DNA of 64,000 nt from Eledone cirrhosa (Eukaryota): positions 20,212,001-20,276,000 of the forward strand of contig OZ024756.1 in the NCBI GenBank assembly GCA_964016885.1, written 5' to 3'. Of the stretch, positions 27,560 through 43,544 are shown piece by piece. Position numbers and translations under genes: made by a program. Each line of letters opens with the position of its first letter. Position 1 is the stretch's first letter. The notes under the pieces are model-generated. The model was not told the DNA's origin, made no database searches, and saw only the letters and a program-made list of their open reading frames with translations.

Positions 27560-27854
27560 CAGTCATGGGCAACCTACAGCCCGCGAAGCTTTCTGAATAG
27601 CTCGCCTAAGTCACCTAAGTGAAATCTTTCTGATCTTTTTACCCCAACTTTTCAGTCGTAATTTATCTTTCTATCATTTTTACGATCGAGGAAAACAGAG
27701 CGTGTACGAATTCTGAAGAAACAAATCAAAACAACCCGAGTTTCCACCCCTTTTCGTTTAATGTGGACACGAAGGTAAATTAGCGCTTGTGGCCCGCCTG
27801 ATGATGACCCATATCTCATGCGGCCTGCTTCTCGAAAAAGGTTGCCCATATCTG
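27560..27854. mobile_element. hAT (Charlie-like) MITE
   Basis: TIRs CAGTCATGGGCAACC / GGTTGCCCATATCTG, with 8-bp TSD ATCTAGAC (27552-27559, 27855-27862). Confidence 0.85.
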
Positions 27855-28174
27855 ATCTAGACTCTCACTCCACTCTTGCAGACTGCACATTAACATGAGA
27901 TATTCTTCTTCGCAAAGTTCAATCACCAACAGAGTTTAAAGAGTAATGGTCAAGTCCCGTCCATAAATTGACATTATCAAGCCAACGTTTTGTCTGTCGA
28001 CCTTTGCTTTTCTTACCAGTTAATGTTCCTTCTAGACATAACTTACTCACACCACAAGTTGATCTTTTGATATGGCCATACAGTTTAAGTACACTTGACC
28101 TGATAACTGATGTGTTAACTTGTTACAATTCTCCAAACGTTGAAACGACATTTTCAACTCGGTTATTAACGTAA

Positions 28175-28208
28175 CTAGCAGAAAAACCACCCTTCGGGTG
28201 GTTTTCTG
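28175..28208 (-). mobile_element. Helitron-type 3' terminus
   Basis: 10-bp hairpin AAAACCACCC/GGGTGGTTTT followed on the minus strand by CTAG then T; 5' end not located. Confidence 0.5.
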
Positions 28209-29200
28209 ATAGCATGTGTGGTATGCATATTTATATTATATGAAAATATACATGCAAGTATATATGCTATGTCAAATAAAATCGTAATTCACAATATGCA
28301 CAGAAATTGAAGAGAGAGACTGTGTTACACCCTCTTTTGTAATCAGTAAAGTAATCCGTGATACATTTAAAAAAGACGATATTATATATAAACTGCATTA
28401 CGGTGAAATGTAATGAAACCTTATATAACGATGCAAATACATGAATGTTTATATAAGCAATGTAATAAGTGTTATGATATAACGGACGTTAACCGGAAGC
28501 GTAGACATTTGAACATTTTAAAAGAAGTGAATCTTAAAATAAGCAATCATTATTATAGGATAACTTTGCTTTTCATCCTTACAGGGTCGATAAAATAAAG
28601 TACCAGTAATGCACTGGGTAATTGCTGGCCTTGTGCCAAACGTAGAAACAATTATATATAAGAATATTTATTTTTAATACGAAATTTAGTAGATAAATTA
28701 TGTAATATTCATTCATCATTTATTCAAAGTAATCTAACTTATTTTACAAACGGAATAAAAAAAATATATTCGGGACGCAGTCCCGCACTGCTCCCTTTAT
28801 TATATTATGATATTAAAACATTATTTTAAACAGAACACAATGTATTGGTTCCCTTCTCCATCGTCAGATATCAAACATCGTTTGATAGATAGAGAGAGAA
28901 TTATGGCCAATCCCCTAACCCTTACAAAATGTTTAGAGTGCACAATTCTTTATAAAATCGATCCTTCTATCACCTCTGTCACAGCTGTACTCAAATGAAC
29001 CTGGTTCCCAAAGAATTTTCACGGATATCTCTTTCAAGAGTTTATTTGCATTTAAGCGCCAAAGCCATAACCTGTTCGTTTCCACCAATGGAAACGCGTG
29101 AAATCATCACCTGACAATTGATTATTGCTATCTGCGACATCAACGTTCTGTATTTTGTTCTCTTGACTTAGCGGGGTACGGACGGAAATCATTTAATACG

Positions 29201-29254
<54 letters not shown>

Positions 29255-29314
29255 CGTGTGTGCGTGTGCGTGTGCGTGTGCGTGCGTGCGTGCGTCCGTG
29301 CGTGCGTGCGTCCG

Positions 29315-29346
<32 letters not shown>

Positions 29347-29410
29347 TCCGTGCGTTCGTGCGTGCGTGCGTGCGTCCGTGCGTGCGTGCGTGCGTGCGTG
29401 CGTGCGTCCG

Positions 29411-29449
<39 letters not shown>

Positions 29450-29450
29450 C

Positions 29451-29482
<32 letters not shown>

Positions 29483-29616
29483 TGTGTGCGTGTGTGAGAG
29501 TGAGTGTGTGTATGTGTGTGTGTGTTAGTGTTTGTGTGTAAGGTGTAATGGGACCAAGTAGACTTTAGTTCAATCGGTCGTAACAATATTTGACATGATC
29601 TCACTGCACACACACA

Positions 29617-29677
<61 letters not shown>

Positions 29678-29680
29678 CAC

Positions 29681-29721
<41 letters not shown>

Positions 29722-29813
29722 CACACTCACAGACACACACAAACATACACACGTATCTATAAACCATATATGTATATAATATCTCTATTTCCTTGTTGCA
29801 TTGGACTGAGGGA

Positions 29814-29858
<45 letters not shown>

Positions 29859-29884
29859 CATATATATATATATGGGGGGGGGGG

Positions 29885-30000
29885 CTTCCTGTTGATTTCT
29901 CCCGAATGAAACAGCTCTCGTCCTGTAGAAACCATTTTTATATTAAATATTTATACTCTGCTATGTATTGAGTACCTTACTTACTGTGGTTACCTCCCCA
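29885..30000 (+). mobile_element. Short non-autonomous HHR-bearing element (family also at 38910-39045 and 58816-58950, both minus)
   Basis: CTGTTGA-TTTC tccc GAAT-GAAA-CAGCTCTC-GTC followed by the shared tail ATGTATTGAGT..ACTGTGGTTACC; flanked by TA/CA microsatellite. Confidence 0.65.
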
Positions 30001-30160
30001 CACACACAAACAATGCGTACCCACACCCACTCACACACAACCAGAAACAACATGCCCTCGGGTGATATTTAATCTTAGAAAGCAAAAGGGTGGTAACTAA
30101 ATACAACAAGGCATTTAGGCCGACGCTCTAACAAGAAAACATATGTATATATATATATAT

Positions 30161-30283
<123 letters not shown>

Positions 30284-30289
30284 TACATA

Positions 30290-30394
<105 letters not shown>

Positions 30395-30423
30395 GTATAC
30401 ATATATATATATATGTATATATA

Positions 30424-30493
<70 letters not shown>

Positions 30494-30547
30494 ATAAGCA
30501 ATTCTCATGTTTTTTTATTTAAGAATCTTTTACCCTTTCGAGGATAC

Positions 30548-31386
30548 ACACCACCACCACCACCACTACAACGACCAACACCATTATCACTACCACCACC
30601 ATCATAATCACCACTACCACCACTACCACAAACACCGCCACAAACACCATTTCCACCACCTCTTCCACCACCACTGCCGCCACCACCATTACTCCCACCA
30701 TCACTACCGCTTCCACCACCACCACCACCACTACCAATACCACCACAACCACCACTGCCGCCGCCACCACTAACACTACAACCATTACCACCACCGCAAC
30801 CAATACCATCACCACCACCACCACCACCACCACCACTAACACTACAACCATTACCACCACCGCAACCAATACCATCACCACCACCACCACCACCACCTCC
30901 ACTAACACTACAACCATTACCACCACCGCAACCAATACCATCACCACCATCACCACCACCACCACCATCACCACCACCACCACAACCACCACAGATAACA
31001 CCACAACCAACGCTACTACCATCACCACCACCACCAGCATGCACCACCACCACCACCACCACCATCACCACTACCAACACCACCACAACCATCACCACCA
31101 CCATCACCACCACCACCACTAACACTACAACCATTACCACTACCACAACCAATACCATCACCACCACCACCACCACCACCACCTCCACCACAGATAACAC
31201 CACAACTAACACTACTACCATCACCACCACCACCACCACCACCAGCACCAGCACCACCAGCACCATCACCACCACCACCACCACCACCACCACCACCATC
31301 ACCACTACGAAACACCCCCCCCCACCACCACCACCTCTACCACAGATAATACCACAACCAACACTACTACCATCACCACCACCAGC

Positions 31387-31417
<31 letters not shown>

Positions 31418-31443
31418 CCACCATCACCACCACCACCACCACC

Positions 31444-31474
<31 letters not shown>

Positions 31475-31495
31475 CCACCATCATCATCAAAAACC
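30548..31495. repeat. Degenerate (CCA)n array
   Basis: Direct reading. Confidence 0.9.
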
Positions 31496-31617
31496 AACAA
31501 TACTAGCAGGCTTTCATTTCAACAAATTCTAACATTAATCAGCCGACAAACGCGAGAGGGAAGATATTTTCATGACTTCATTAGATGAAGTAAGATTTAA
31601 AAAAAAAAAAAAGAAGG

Positions 31618-31840
31618 AAACCCAACCCAAACCAAGCCAAACCAACCCAAAGCCAAACCCAAACCCAAAGCCAAACCAACCCAAACCCAAACCCAAACCC
31701 AAACCAAGCCAAACCAAGCCAAACCAACCCAAACCCAAACCCAAACCCAAACCCAAACCAAGCCAAACCAACCCAAACCCAAACCCAAACCCAAACCCAA
31801 ACCAAGCCAAACCAACCCAAACCAAAACCCAAACCAAACT
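31618..31840. repeat. (CCCAAA)n/(CCAAA)n compound repeat
   Basis: Direct reading. Confidence 0.9.
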
Positions 31841-32028
31841 AAACAAAGAAGGAAGATAGAGCAATAATTTTCCTGGATGAAAGGTAAGTGAAGAATAAAG
31901 ACTGGTCGGAGTATTTCTCCATTAAATTGTTCTTAGCTAAGGAAGATAGGATATGAAGGGAAACACGATTGATTAAAATAACAGGCATAAAGGGGATTAT
32001 TTCTGTTACAAAACCCAATATTAACTGA

Positions 32029-32958
32029 CGTATACGTATGTGTATATGTATGTATATGTATGTGACTGTGTGTGCATGTGTATGTATACGTATATGTATG
32101 TATGTATATATGTATGTATATATGTATGTGAATGTGTGCGTATGTATGTACGTATACGTATATGTATGTATGTATGTATGTATCTGTGTATGTATGTATG
32201 TATGTATGTATGTATGTATGTATGTATCTGTGTATGTATGTATGTGTATATGTATGTATATATGTATGTGAATGTGTGTGCATGTGTGTATACGTATATG
32301 TATGTATGTATATATGTATGTATATATGTATGTGTGTATGTATGTATGTATGTATGTATGTATGTATGTATGTATGTATGTATGTATGTATGTATGTATC
32401 TGTGTATGTATGTATGTGTATATGTATGTATATATGTATGTGAATGTGTGTGCATGTGTGTATACGTATATGTATGTATGTATGTATATATGTATATATG
32501 TATGTGTGTATGTATGTATGTATGTATGTATGTATGTATGTATGTATGTATGTATGTATGTATGTATGTATCTGTGTATGTATGTATGTGTATATGTATG
32601 TATATATGTATGTGAATGTGTGTGCATGTGTGTATACGTATATGTATGTATGTATATATGTATGTGTGTATGTGTGTATGTGTATATGTATGTATATGTA
32701 TGTGACTGTGTGTGCATGTGTATGTATACGTATATGTATGTATGTATATATGTATGTATATATGTATGTGAATGTGTGCGTATGTATGTACGTATACGTA
32801 TATGTATGTATGTATGTATGTATCTGTGTATGTATGTATGTGTATATGTATGTATATATGTATGTGAATGTGTGTGCATGTGTGTATACGTATATGTATG
32901 TATGTATATATGTATGTATATATGTATGTGAATGTGTGCGTTTGTATGTACGTATACG

Positions 32959-32990
<32 letters not shown>

Positions 32991-33188
32991 TGTGTATATG
33001 TATGTATATATGTATGTGAATGTGTGTGCATGTGTGTATACGTATATGTATGTATGTATGTATATATGTATGTGTGTATGTGTGTATGTGTGTATGTGTA
33101 TATGTATGTATATATGTATGTGAATGCGTGCGTATGTATGTACGTATACGTATATGTATATGTATGTATGTATGTATGTATGTATACG

Positions 33189-33220
<32 letters not shown>

Positions 33221-33443
33221 TGTATGTATGTGTATATGTATGTATATATGTATGTGAATGTGTGTGCATGTGTGTATACGTATATGTATGTATGTATGTA
33301 TATATGTATGTGTGTATGTGTGTATGTGTGTATGTGTATATGTATGTATATATGTATGTGAATGCGTGCGTATGTATGTACGTATACGTATATGTATGTG
33401 TATATATATATATGTATGTATGTATATATATATGTATGTATGG

Positions 33444-33476
<33 letters not shown>

Positions 33477-33616
33477 TGTATGTATCTGCGTATGTATGTA
33501 TCTGTGTATGTATGTATGTGTATATGTATGTATATATGTATGTGAATGTGTGTGCATGTGTGTATACGTATATGTATGTATGTATGCATATATGTATGTG
33601 TGTATGTGTGTATGTG

Positions 33617-33648
<32 letters not shown>

Positions 33649-33964
33649 TGTATGTATGTATGTATGTATGTATGTGTATATGTATGTATATATGTATGTG
33701 AATGTGTGTGCATGTGTGTATACGTATATGTATGTATGTATGCATATATGTATGTGTGTATGTGTGTATGTGTATATGTATGTATATATGTATGTGAATG
33801 CGTGCGTATGTATGTACGTATACGTATATGTATGTGTATATATATATATGTATGTATGTATATATATATGTATGGATATATGTATGTATGTATGTATGGA
33901 TGGATGGATCTGTGTATGTGTGTATGTGTATATGTATGTGAATGTGTGTGCATGTGTGTATACG

Positions 33965-33996
<32 letters not shown>

Positions 33997-34850
33997 TGTA
34001 TGTATGTATGTATGTATGTATATATGTATGTGTATATGTATGTATATATGTAAGTGAATGTGTACGTATGTATGTACGTATACGTATATGTATGTATGTA
34101 TATATGTATGTATGTATGTATGTATATATGTATGTGAATGTGTGGGCATGTGTGTATACGTATATGTATGTATGTATGCGTATATTTATGTATATATGTA
34201 TGTGAATGTGTGTGCACGTATGCACGCATATGTATGTATGTATGTTTTGTATGTATGTATATATGTATGTGAATGTGTGTGCATGTATGTACGTATATGT
34301 ATATGTATATATGTATGTATGTGACATGTGTGCATGTGTGTACGTATACGTATATGTATATATGTATGCATATGTATGTAAATGTGTATGTATGTATATA
34401 TGAATAATATATAATGTGAATGTGTGTATGTTTGCTTGTATGTATGTATATATATATATGTGTTTATGTATAAATGTATGTATTTATGTATGTATAAATG
34501 TATGTATTTATGTGTATGTATGTGTGTGTACGCACGTATGTACGTGTATGTATGTATGTATATATATGATTGTATATGTATGAATGTATGTATGTATGTG
34601 TTTAGGTATGGATGTGTGTATGTATGTATGAATGTATTTATGTGTATGTATGTATATTTCTATGTGTTTATGTATGTATGTATGCACATGTGTATGTATG
34701 GGTTTATGTATGTGTATATGTATTATGTATGTATGTGTGCATGTATGTATGTATGTATGTATGTATGTATGTATGTATGTATGTATGTATGTATGTATGT
34801 ATGTATGTATGTATGTGGGTATATATATATGTCTGTATCTGTGTATGTGC
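32029..34850. repeat. 2.8-kb (TATG)n-based compound satellite
   Basis: Direct reading; recurring GTGAATGTGTGTGCATGTGTGTATACGTA unit. Confidence 0.95.
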
Positions 34851-35260
34851 GTAATTATCGTCTAAGGGCAAAAAAAAAGAAGACAAACACGGTGAAGAAT
34901 TACACAAAGTAATCAAAGTAATATTAGTTTAACGCTTGTGGGAAAAGAAAAAAGATCGTTTCGACGTATCGGATGTTAGTCTTTTATCGGGAAAGAGAGA
35001 AGTTAGGAGAAAGGGGTTTGGAAATGAAAAATAAGGGGAGGGATGAAAAAAAAGCGAGTGGTGAAGTAGGGCGAGGTGAATTAGAGAGGTGTGTTGGTTG
35101 GGTACAGTGGGTGAAGAAAAAATCGGGAGCGGAAGTGGAAAATGATAAGAAAAAGGAACCATGAAAGGGAAAAGAGAAAGAAAAGTAAAAGGAGTAAAGG
35201 TCTCGGAAATTTGGTGCAGTGCTAGAGCAGGAAAAGTGCTGGGCTGGGAAGAGAGAGTAT

Positions 35261-35595
35261 CAAGACACTAGGTAGAGTATCAAGGTACCAAATGGTGCAT
35301 CAAGGTCCCAGGTGGTGCATCGAGGTGCCAGATAGAGTATCGAGGTACCAGATGGTGTATTAATGTGCCAGGTGGTGCATCAAGGTCCCAGGTGGTGCAT
35401 CGAGGTGCCAGGTAGAGTATCGAGGTACCAGATGGTGTATTAATGTGCCAGGTGGTGCATCAAGGTCCCAGGTGGTGCATCGAGGTGCCAGGTAGAGTAT
35501 CGAGGTACCAGATGGTGTATTAATGTGCCAGGTGGTGCATCAAGGTCCCAGGTGGTGCATCGAGGTGCCAGGTAGAGTATCGAGGTACCAGGTAG
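35261..35595. repeat. 20-bp minisatellite arranged as an 80-bp higher-order repeat
   Basis: Monomers CAAGGTCCCAGGTGGTGCAT, CGAGGTGCCAGGTAGAGTAT, CGAGGTACCAGATGGTGTAT and TAATGTGCCAGGTGGTGCAT cycle in fixed order. Confidence 0.9.
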
Positions 35596-36764
35596 GTTTC
35601 CAAGTTCGAATGCTGTAATGTGCACGAGAACGTACGTGGTAATACAAAACCACTTACACAGAATATGACGGTTCATACATTGGATAAACTGACCGGAAGC
35701 TGGACACACGGATCAAGCAGCATACGAACACGGCTGCTTCCTCTGTGAAAAATAAAACAGTTACAAAAATGCTACACACAGGGACACAATAGACGCCATT
35801 GAGTTGCATATTAGTATTTTGTGGGTCAACAGGTATAAACAAACAAGTATCCATAATTGATCTTAGATACATTGAGCCGACAGGTTATTGTGACCGGTCT
35901 GCGCATGTCACATTTCCACCAACGGTCAGTGACAACACAATAGCTCGTACGAAACAGAGGCTCCAATTTTTCTTCGTTCTTCATTTAATAAAGGAGTTGT
36001 AACTTTGAAATATGAAATACCGGTTAAAATGTTTTGTTTGTTTCGTCGTTTTTATGTAATCTATATATCAGGATCAAACCAGTATTAAACTAGTTAGACC
36101 ATTATTCAACAGAGTACTGGATATTTGAGATAGTAAACTTTTTCTGATATATATATAGCGAGAGTACTGGGTAGTATGAATGTAACAAGGAATACATTGT
36201 TTGTGTGTATAATATTTAATTAACAATGGTAGATAGTATACTTGACATGTCAAAGATAGATGTTAGAATGAAACAAAGTTAGTAGTTACCGTTTTGATTG
36301 CCAGGCAATGGTGGCTGGCAGAGGACGCCTGGCTAAGGCCAGGCGCCTGTTGGCCAAATGAATGGCAGAGCCCAATGAGATGCTCTTGACCTGGTGCCGA
36401 AAAGGCAAAGAGAGAAAGGAAGCTTAAAGTTGTTAGTTTTATAGGGCTCTGACCGGAAGTTGCAGAAAGGGTTCCACTTCCCGCCTAGATCCTAATCAAA
36501 ACAAGGGAGACAACCGCTACATATATATATATACACACGGAGCAGTATAATTGTTCCCCCTCTAAGCCGTTTATCCACTGTTTAACATATAGTGTCCACT
36601 CTGAGTTGCAGAGTCTTATTGACAACATGCAACTTTTGTAAATTCATTGAGTGAGTAGTGCGTATCGCGGCAGGACTAAACGTAATCTAAATGTATAGCT
36701 CATTATACTTAATTATATATATGCCTCTCTCTCTCTATCTTTCTTTATCTCTAAATATATATAT

Positions 36765-37145
<381 letters not shown>

Positions 37146-37293
37146 CATATCTACCTACACACATATATATATGTTTATATATGTATATATATATATATAT
37201 ACATATCAACATATATATATATATATACATATACATACATATCTACCTACACACATATATATATGTTTATATATGTATATATATGTATATATA

Positions 37294-37419
<126 letters not shown>

Positions 37420-37519
37420 CATGCGCATGCAAATGTATACGTCTATTCTAAGTATGATGTTGCATAATTATGTGAACAACTCGATCAATAAAGAATTCTT
37501 AGATGCTGTGCTGTGTCCA

Positions 37520-37580
<61 letters not shown>

Positions 37581-37638
37581 TCTTTGAAGCCTTTCACTGG
37601 TTCTAAGTGCAATTACTTGCTTATATACAGACACACTC

Positions 37639-37756
<118 letters not shown>

Positions 37757-37805
37757 ATATATACAGACACATATATATGCTTATGTGAGTGTGTGTGTGT
37801 ATATA

Positions 37806-37858
<53 letters not shown>

Positions 37859-37883
37859 ATCATGTACACATTTAACTATGCAC

Positions 37884-37922
<39 letters not shown>

Positions 37923-37927
37923 CATAC

Positions 37928-37993
<66 letters not shown>

Positions 37994-38014
37994 TGTACAC
38001 ACGCACAAGTACAC

Positions 38015-38055
<41 letters not shown>

Positions 38056-38373
38056 CGACATGTCACCATTAACATACACAGTACATGTTACCATGTCTGA
38101 CAAGGTTCACCAGCGTTCATCTACTCTTCACATTAATAAACGTTGTTTTATATCTTGGAGACGGTTTAACGTTATGCTCTGTGGTTTTGAAAAGAAAAGC
38201 TTTTTCCGAAGCATTTACCTACATCACAGATCTATCTGAATTTTATACCAGCAAATATTGTTTAAATATCCTGTGTAATTTAGTAAGGTATCCGTTTACA
38301 AGGGTCATACAAATGAAAGACATTAATTTATAACCACACACACACACTCACACACTCATATACACAAACAAAC

Positions 38374-38412
<39 letters not shown>

Positions 38413-38431
38413 TGTATATATGTCTATACAT

Positions 38432-38488
<57 letters not shown>

Positions 38489-38507
38489 TATATGTATATA
38501 TGTATAT

Positions 38508-38585
<78 letters not shown>

Positions 38586-38668
38586 TATTACTTATATATG
38601 TTTGCATGTGGATTTGTATAAATATATATGCACATGTATATATTTATATATTCACACACACAGCCATG

Positions 38669-38725
<57 letters not shown>

Positions 38726-38810
38726 TTACATATATGTAATATTATATATACGTGTGTGTTTATGTGTCTGTGTAAATATGTGCATATATTGACATTCACA
38801 CACACACTTG

Positions 38811-38911
<101 letters not shown>

Positions 38912-40112
38912 TCCAGGGTTCTGTCGGTGGGGGTGGGGGTAACCACAGTTAATAAAATAACTCAATACATTGATAGAGAAAAGCCACTTTTTTATTTTAT
39001 ATAGAAATGCCTCCTACGAGACTAGAACTGTTTCATTCCAGATGATTTAATACATATAAAACAGTTCAGTTGCCCTATATATATTTCTGTCGCATTGTAT
39101 CGGCTTTCTCAAACTTATCAGTCATTATATTGGACTAACCCGATGGGTTAGTTATCTTTTCATCTCTCCATTCACTCTTCTAGACTTTTCTCTATTGTTT
39201 AAGTCTCTAAACTGCTTGTACCCAAACCTCTGAGAGATAAGGAACTGATTCAATCCTCCTTTCAAATGTAACTATGAACTTTTTATCCCTTATTAGACAC
39301 CCTTTTCAAAACAAACATAAATACCATAAACTTTTTAATCTGTATAATGTTAAAGTAGGTTACACTCGTCAAGACAAGATTGTTTTTAGCATAAAACACT
39401 ATAATATCTAACAAAAGCATGTACCTACACAACCCCTCTTTAAGTACACTCATACGTTTGCCAGACTCAATCCACTTAAAGAGCTTCTTTGTTTTTAAGC
39501 CAGAGATTTATAGAATGACTTTCACTCCCCCTGGTGGTATCCCGAAAAAAACATTACACAGGACTCAGTCAACGACTTCAACGTTAAGTTCAATCAGCAT
39601 ATATAATCTTTCAGTTGAAGAGCTTCTGTTTTTCTTAGCCAGAGATTTATAGGATGACTTTCACTCCACCTGGTGGTATCCCGGATAAACATTAGACGGA
39701 ACTCATAGCCACCGACTTCAAGGATAGGTTTAATCAGCATGTATAATGTTTCATCAGTTTTTATGCTAAGTAAAGCTTCCTGTAAAGACGTAGGTGTTCT
39801 GCTGACGAAGTGAATATATGTGTTTTTGCAAGTATCTATCTCACAGAAATATATTTATGTCCAAAGTAAAAAAAATTATGTATAAGTATGTCTTGATTTA
39901 TTTTCCATTCATTTTGTTTGCATTCCCTCTCTCTCCCTCTCTCTCTCCCCCCTCTCTCTCTATATATATATTGCATAAACAACAATTATCTAATAAAAAT
40001 TCACGAACCATATCTGTGGATATATCTGTTTTGTATGTATTTATGTATGTGTATATGTATGTATGTGTGTATATAATTATGATGTTTGCATATAAGTATA
40101 TATGCATGTGTG

Positions 40113-40143
<31 letters not shown>

Positions 40144-40199
40144 GTATGTATGTATGTATGCATGTATGTAATAATGTATATATGTAAACATACATACAT

Positions 40200-40805
40200 A
40201 TATATCCACACGCCACCTACATCCACAACACGCATAAACACCACACACACACGTGCGTACCACCACCTATTTACACACTCAGCCTCCGGAATCCTCTCCC
40301 CCCACCCCTTTGACCCCTCCCCATCCACACACGCACACACACACACCGACCTACACCCCACCCCACACACACCTCTTCCTGAACATGCAACCCCGTTCTT
40401 CCCCCAACTCTTACTTTCACATACACACACACACACACGTACACCTACACACACACACCACCTTCAGCCCTCCCCGCTCGGACACCCCGCCTCCCTCTCC
40501 CCACTCCATCCGTCATCAACCCTACCCCCCACATCCTTCCACCACCTGTTTTATTTCATGTTTATTTTTATTTTTATTATGCTTTTATATTTAACTTCAT
40601 TTGTACCATTTCCTCTCACCCCCTTTTTTCCATATGTTTCTCCACCACTCCCCTACACACCCTTGGAACTCTCTTCCCACACACTTTTCACCTGAAGAAG
40701 GGCTTATGCCCGAAACTTATCCCCACCACCACCCCGCTCTCAAGAGCGTGAAACTAATAAACTTTTGTTCGTACTGCCTCTCTATTTTGTTCCCGTTCAA
40801 TTTTT

Positions 40806-40810
<5 letters not shown>
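40200..40810 (+). mobile_element. PLE 3' UTR/pLTR remnant with hammerhead core at 40692-40716
   Basis: CTGAAGA-A-GGGC ttat GCCC-GAAAC. The tail CCACCACCCC.CTCT..AGAGCGTGAAA.TAATAAAC is shared with 23059-23141 and ends in a TA run. Confidence 0.65.
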
Positions 40811-40841
<31 letters not shown>

Positions 40842-41078
40842 AATTACATACATATATATCTGTATTTTCGTGAGTGGTCGTACATTTCCGATGTATTAAT
40901 TCAAGTATGTTTGCACTTTTGGAATATGTAAATGAACGAGAGCGCCATCTAGCGACCAATATATTGTCCATTATTAAGGGAGACGATCACAATAGATCTT
41001 GTCATTATTAGTTCTACTGCCTGCCAAGCTGCAAGATTTCACGTCCAAAACAGATTCTATATCTTTGACCCTAAATAA

Positions 41079-41266
41079 TTGTTTCTACTTTAGGCACAAG
41101 GCCAGCAATTACCCAGTGCATTACTGGTACTTTATTTTATCGACCCCGTAAGGATGAAAGGCAAAGTTAACCTCGGCGGGATTTGAACTCAGAATGGCAA
41201 GGGCCGTAACTCTATACGTCAAAGCATGGCGTCCGACCCTCTACCGATACTGCCAATCCACCGCCC
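41079..41266 (-). mobile_element. SINE family A, full-length
   Basis: A/B boxes and tail as above; TAAATAAT flanks both sides. Confidence 0.9.
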
Positions 41267-41324
41267 TTAAATAATGATTCCATTAAAACTATGAAATTAC
41301 ACGTACGTCTTTGAGAACTAAATA

Positions 41325-42430
41325 CTGGTGGAGTCGATGGTGGTAGTGATGGTGGTGGTTGTGGTGGTGGTGGTGGTTGTGGTGGGTGGTGGTGGTGGTG
41401 GTGGTGGTGGTGGTGTTGGTTGTGGTGGTGGCGGTGGTGGTCGTGGTCGTGGTAGTGTTTGTGGCAGTGGTGTTGGTAGTGGTGGTGGTGGCAGTGATGG
41501 AGGGGGGGGGGGGGCTGCTTGTAGCAGTGGTGGTCGTGGTGGTGATGGTGGTTGTGGCGGTGGTGGTGGTGGTGATGGTGCTGGTGGTAGGGGCAGTGAT
41601 GTATATAGTAGTGGTGGTGATGGTGGTGATGGTGGTGGTGATGGTGGTGGTGGTGGTGATGGTGGTGATGGTGGTGGTGGTAGGGGCAGTGATGTATATA
41701 GTAGTGGTGGTGATGGTGGTGATGGTGGTGGTGGTGGTGATGGTGGTGGTTGTGGTGGTGGTGGTGGTGATGGTGGTGGTGGTGGTGGTTGTGGTGGGTG
41801 GTGGTGGTGGTGGTGGTGGTGGTGGTGGTGTTGGTTGTGGTGGTGGCGGTGGTGGTCGTGGTCGTGGTAGTGTTTGTGGCAGTGGTGTTGGTAGTGGTGG
41901 TGGTGGCAGTGATGGAGGGGGGGGCTGCTTGTAGCAGTGGTGGTCGTGGTGGTGATGGTGGTTGTGGCGGTGGTGGTGGTGGTGATGGTGCTGGTGGTAG
42001 GGGCAGTGATGTATATAGTAGTGGTGGTGATGGTGGTGATGGTGGTGGTGATGGTGGTGGTGGTGGTGATGGTGGTGATGGTGGTGGTGGTAGGGGCAGT
42101 GATGTATATAGTAGTGGTGGTGATGGTGGTGATGGTGGTGGTGGTGGTGATGGTGGTGGTTGTGGTGGTGGTGGTGGTGATGGTGGTGGTGGTGGTGGTT
42201 GTGGTGGTGGTGATGGTGGTGGTAGTGTTTGTGGCAGTGGTGTTGGTAGTGGTGGTGGCAGTGATGAGAGGGGGGGGGGCTGCTTGTAGCAGATATGGTG
42301 GTGGAAGTGGTGGTGGTGGTGGTGGTGGTGATGTTGTTGGTGGTGTTGTGGAGATGGGTGCCAATAGATATGTGTACACACTATGTATGTCGGTGGTGGC
42401 GGTGGTGGTGGTGATGGCGGTGGTGGGTGA
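41325..42430. repeat. (GGT)n-based array with an internal duplication of about 420 bp
   Basis: GGGGGGCTGCTTGTAGCAG recurs at about 41510, 41920 and 42275. Confidence 0.9.
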
Positions 42431-42596
42431 CTATAGATATAATTACACACTATGTATGTCTTTATTTCGATTCCTCTGGAAGGGCGCCATTTGTAATTGA
42501 CAGATCTACTGGTGAGACAACTGACTGACTCAACTTAAGAGTTTCTCGCTCAAGTAAACATAATAAAACATAACACAACCTATTGAACGAATATTA

Positions 42597-42945
42597 TGGA
42601 TTGGGATTGGCAGTATCGGTAGAGGGTCGGACGCCATGCTTTCCAGCATAGTTACGTCCCTTTACGATCTGAGTTCAAATCCCGCCGAGGTTGACTTTGC
42701 CTTTCATCCTTACGGGGTCGATAAAATAAAGTACCAGTAATGCACTGGGTAATTGCTGGCCTTGTGCCTAAAGTAGAAACAATTATGGATTGGCAGTATC
42801 AGTAGAGGGTCGGACGCCATGCTTTCCAGCATAGTTACGTCCCTTTACGATCTGAGTTCAAATCCCGCCGATGTTGACTTTGATAAAATAAAGTACCAGT
42901 AATGTATTGGATAATTGCTGGCGTTGTGCCAAAAGTAGAAACAGT
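42597..42945 (+). mobile_element. Head-to-tail SINE family A dimer (second copy internally deleted)
   Basis: Two consecutive heads GGATTGGCAGTATC.GTAGAGGGTCGGACGCCATGC. Confidence 0.9.
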
Positions 42946-42961
42946 TATTTGATCGCCATTT

Positions 42962-43046
<85 letters not shown>

Positions 43047-43490
43047 TTCTGTGAGGGTGTCGTACAATGTGTGTGTGTCTCTCTGTTTTACTCTGTGTGT
43101 GGTGTTTTGTGTGTCTGTCTTACTCTGTGTGTGTGTGTGTGGTTTTTTATGCAGCTGTCCTACTCTCTGTGTGTGTATGTGTGTGTGTGGTGTTTTGCAT
43201 ATCTGTCTCACTCTCTGTGGGTGCGTGTGGTGTTTTATGCATCTATCTTACTGTATGTATATGTATGTGTGTGTGCGCTTATTTTAGTGTTTGAGTGTTT
43301 GTGTGTGTGTTATTTAGTGTGTGTGAGTGTGTGTGTGTGTGTGTTATTTAGTGTGTGTGAGTGTGTATATGTGTTGTATTTAGTGTGTGTAGTTTGAGTA
43401 TTTTTTGTGTTATTGCCTTGTTTAGTTTGTCGTCTGTTTTCCCATTTAGTGTGTGTGTGTGTGTGTGTGTTTGTGTGTGTGGGTGTGTGT

Positions 43491-43544
<54 letters not shown>

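Noticed and set aside
28179-28208. Rho-independent terminator-like hairpin with T run
   Set aside because: Eukaryotic DNA; the adjacent CTAG fits a Helitron 3' end better.
31618-31840. Interstitial telomeric repeat
   Set aside because: Units are CCCAAA/CCAAA/CCAAG, not CCCTAA.
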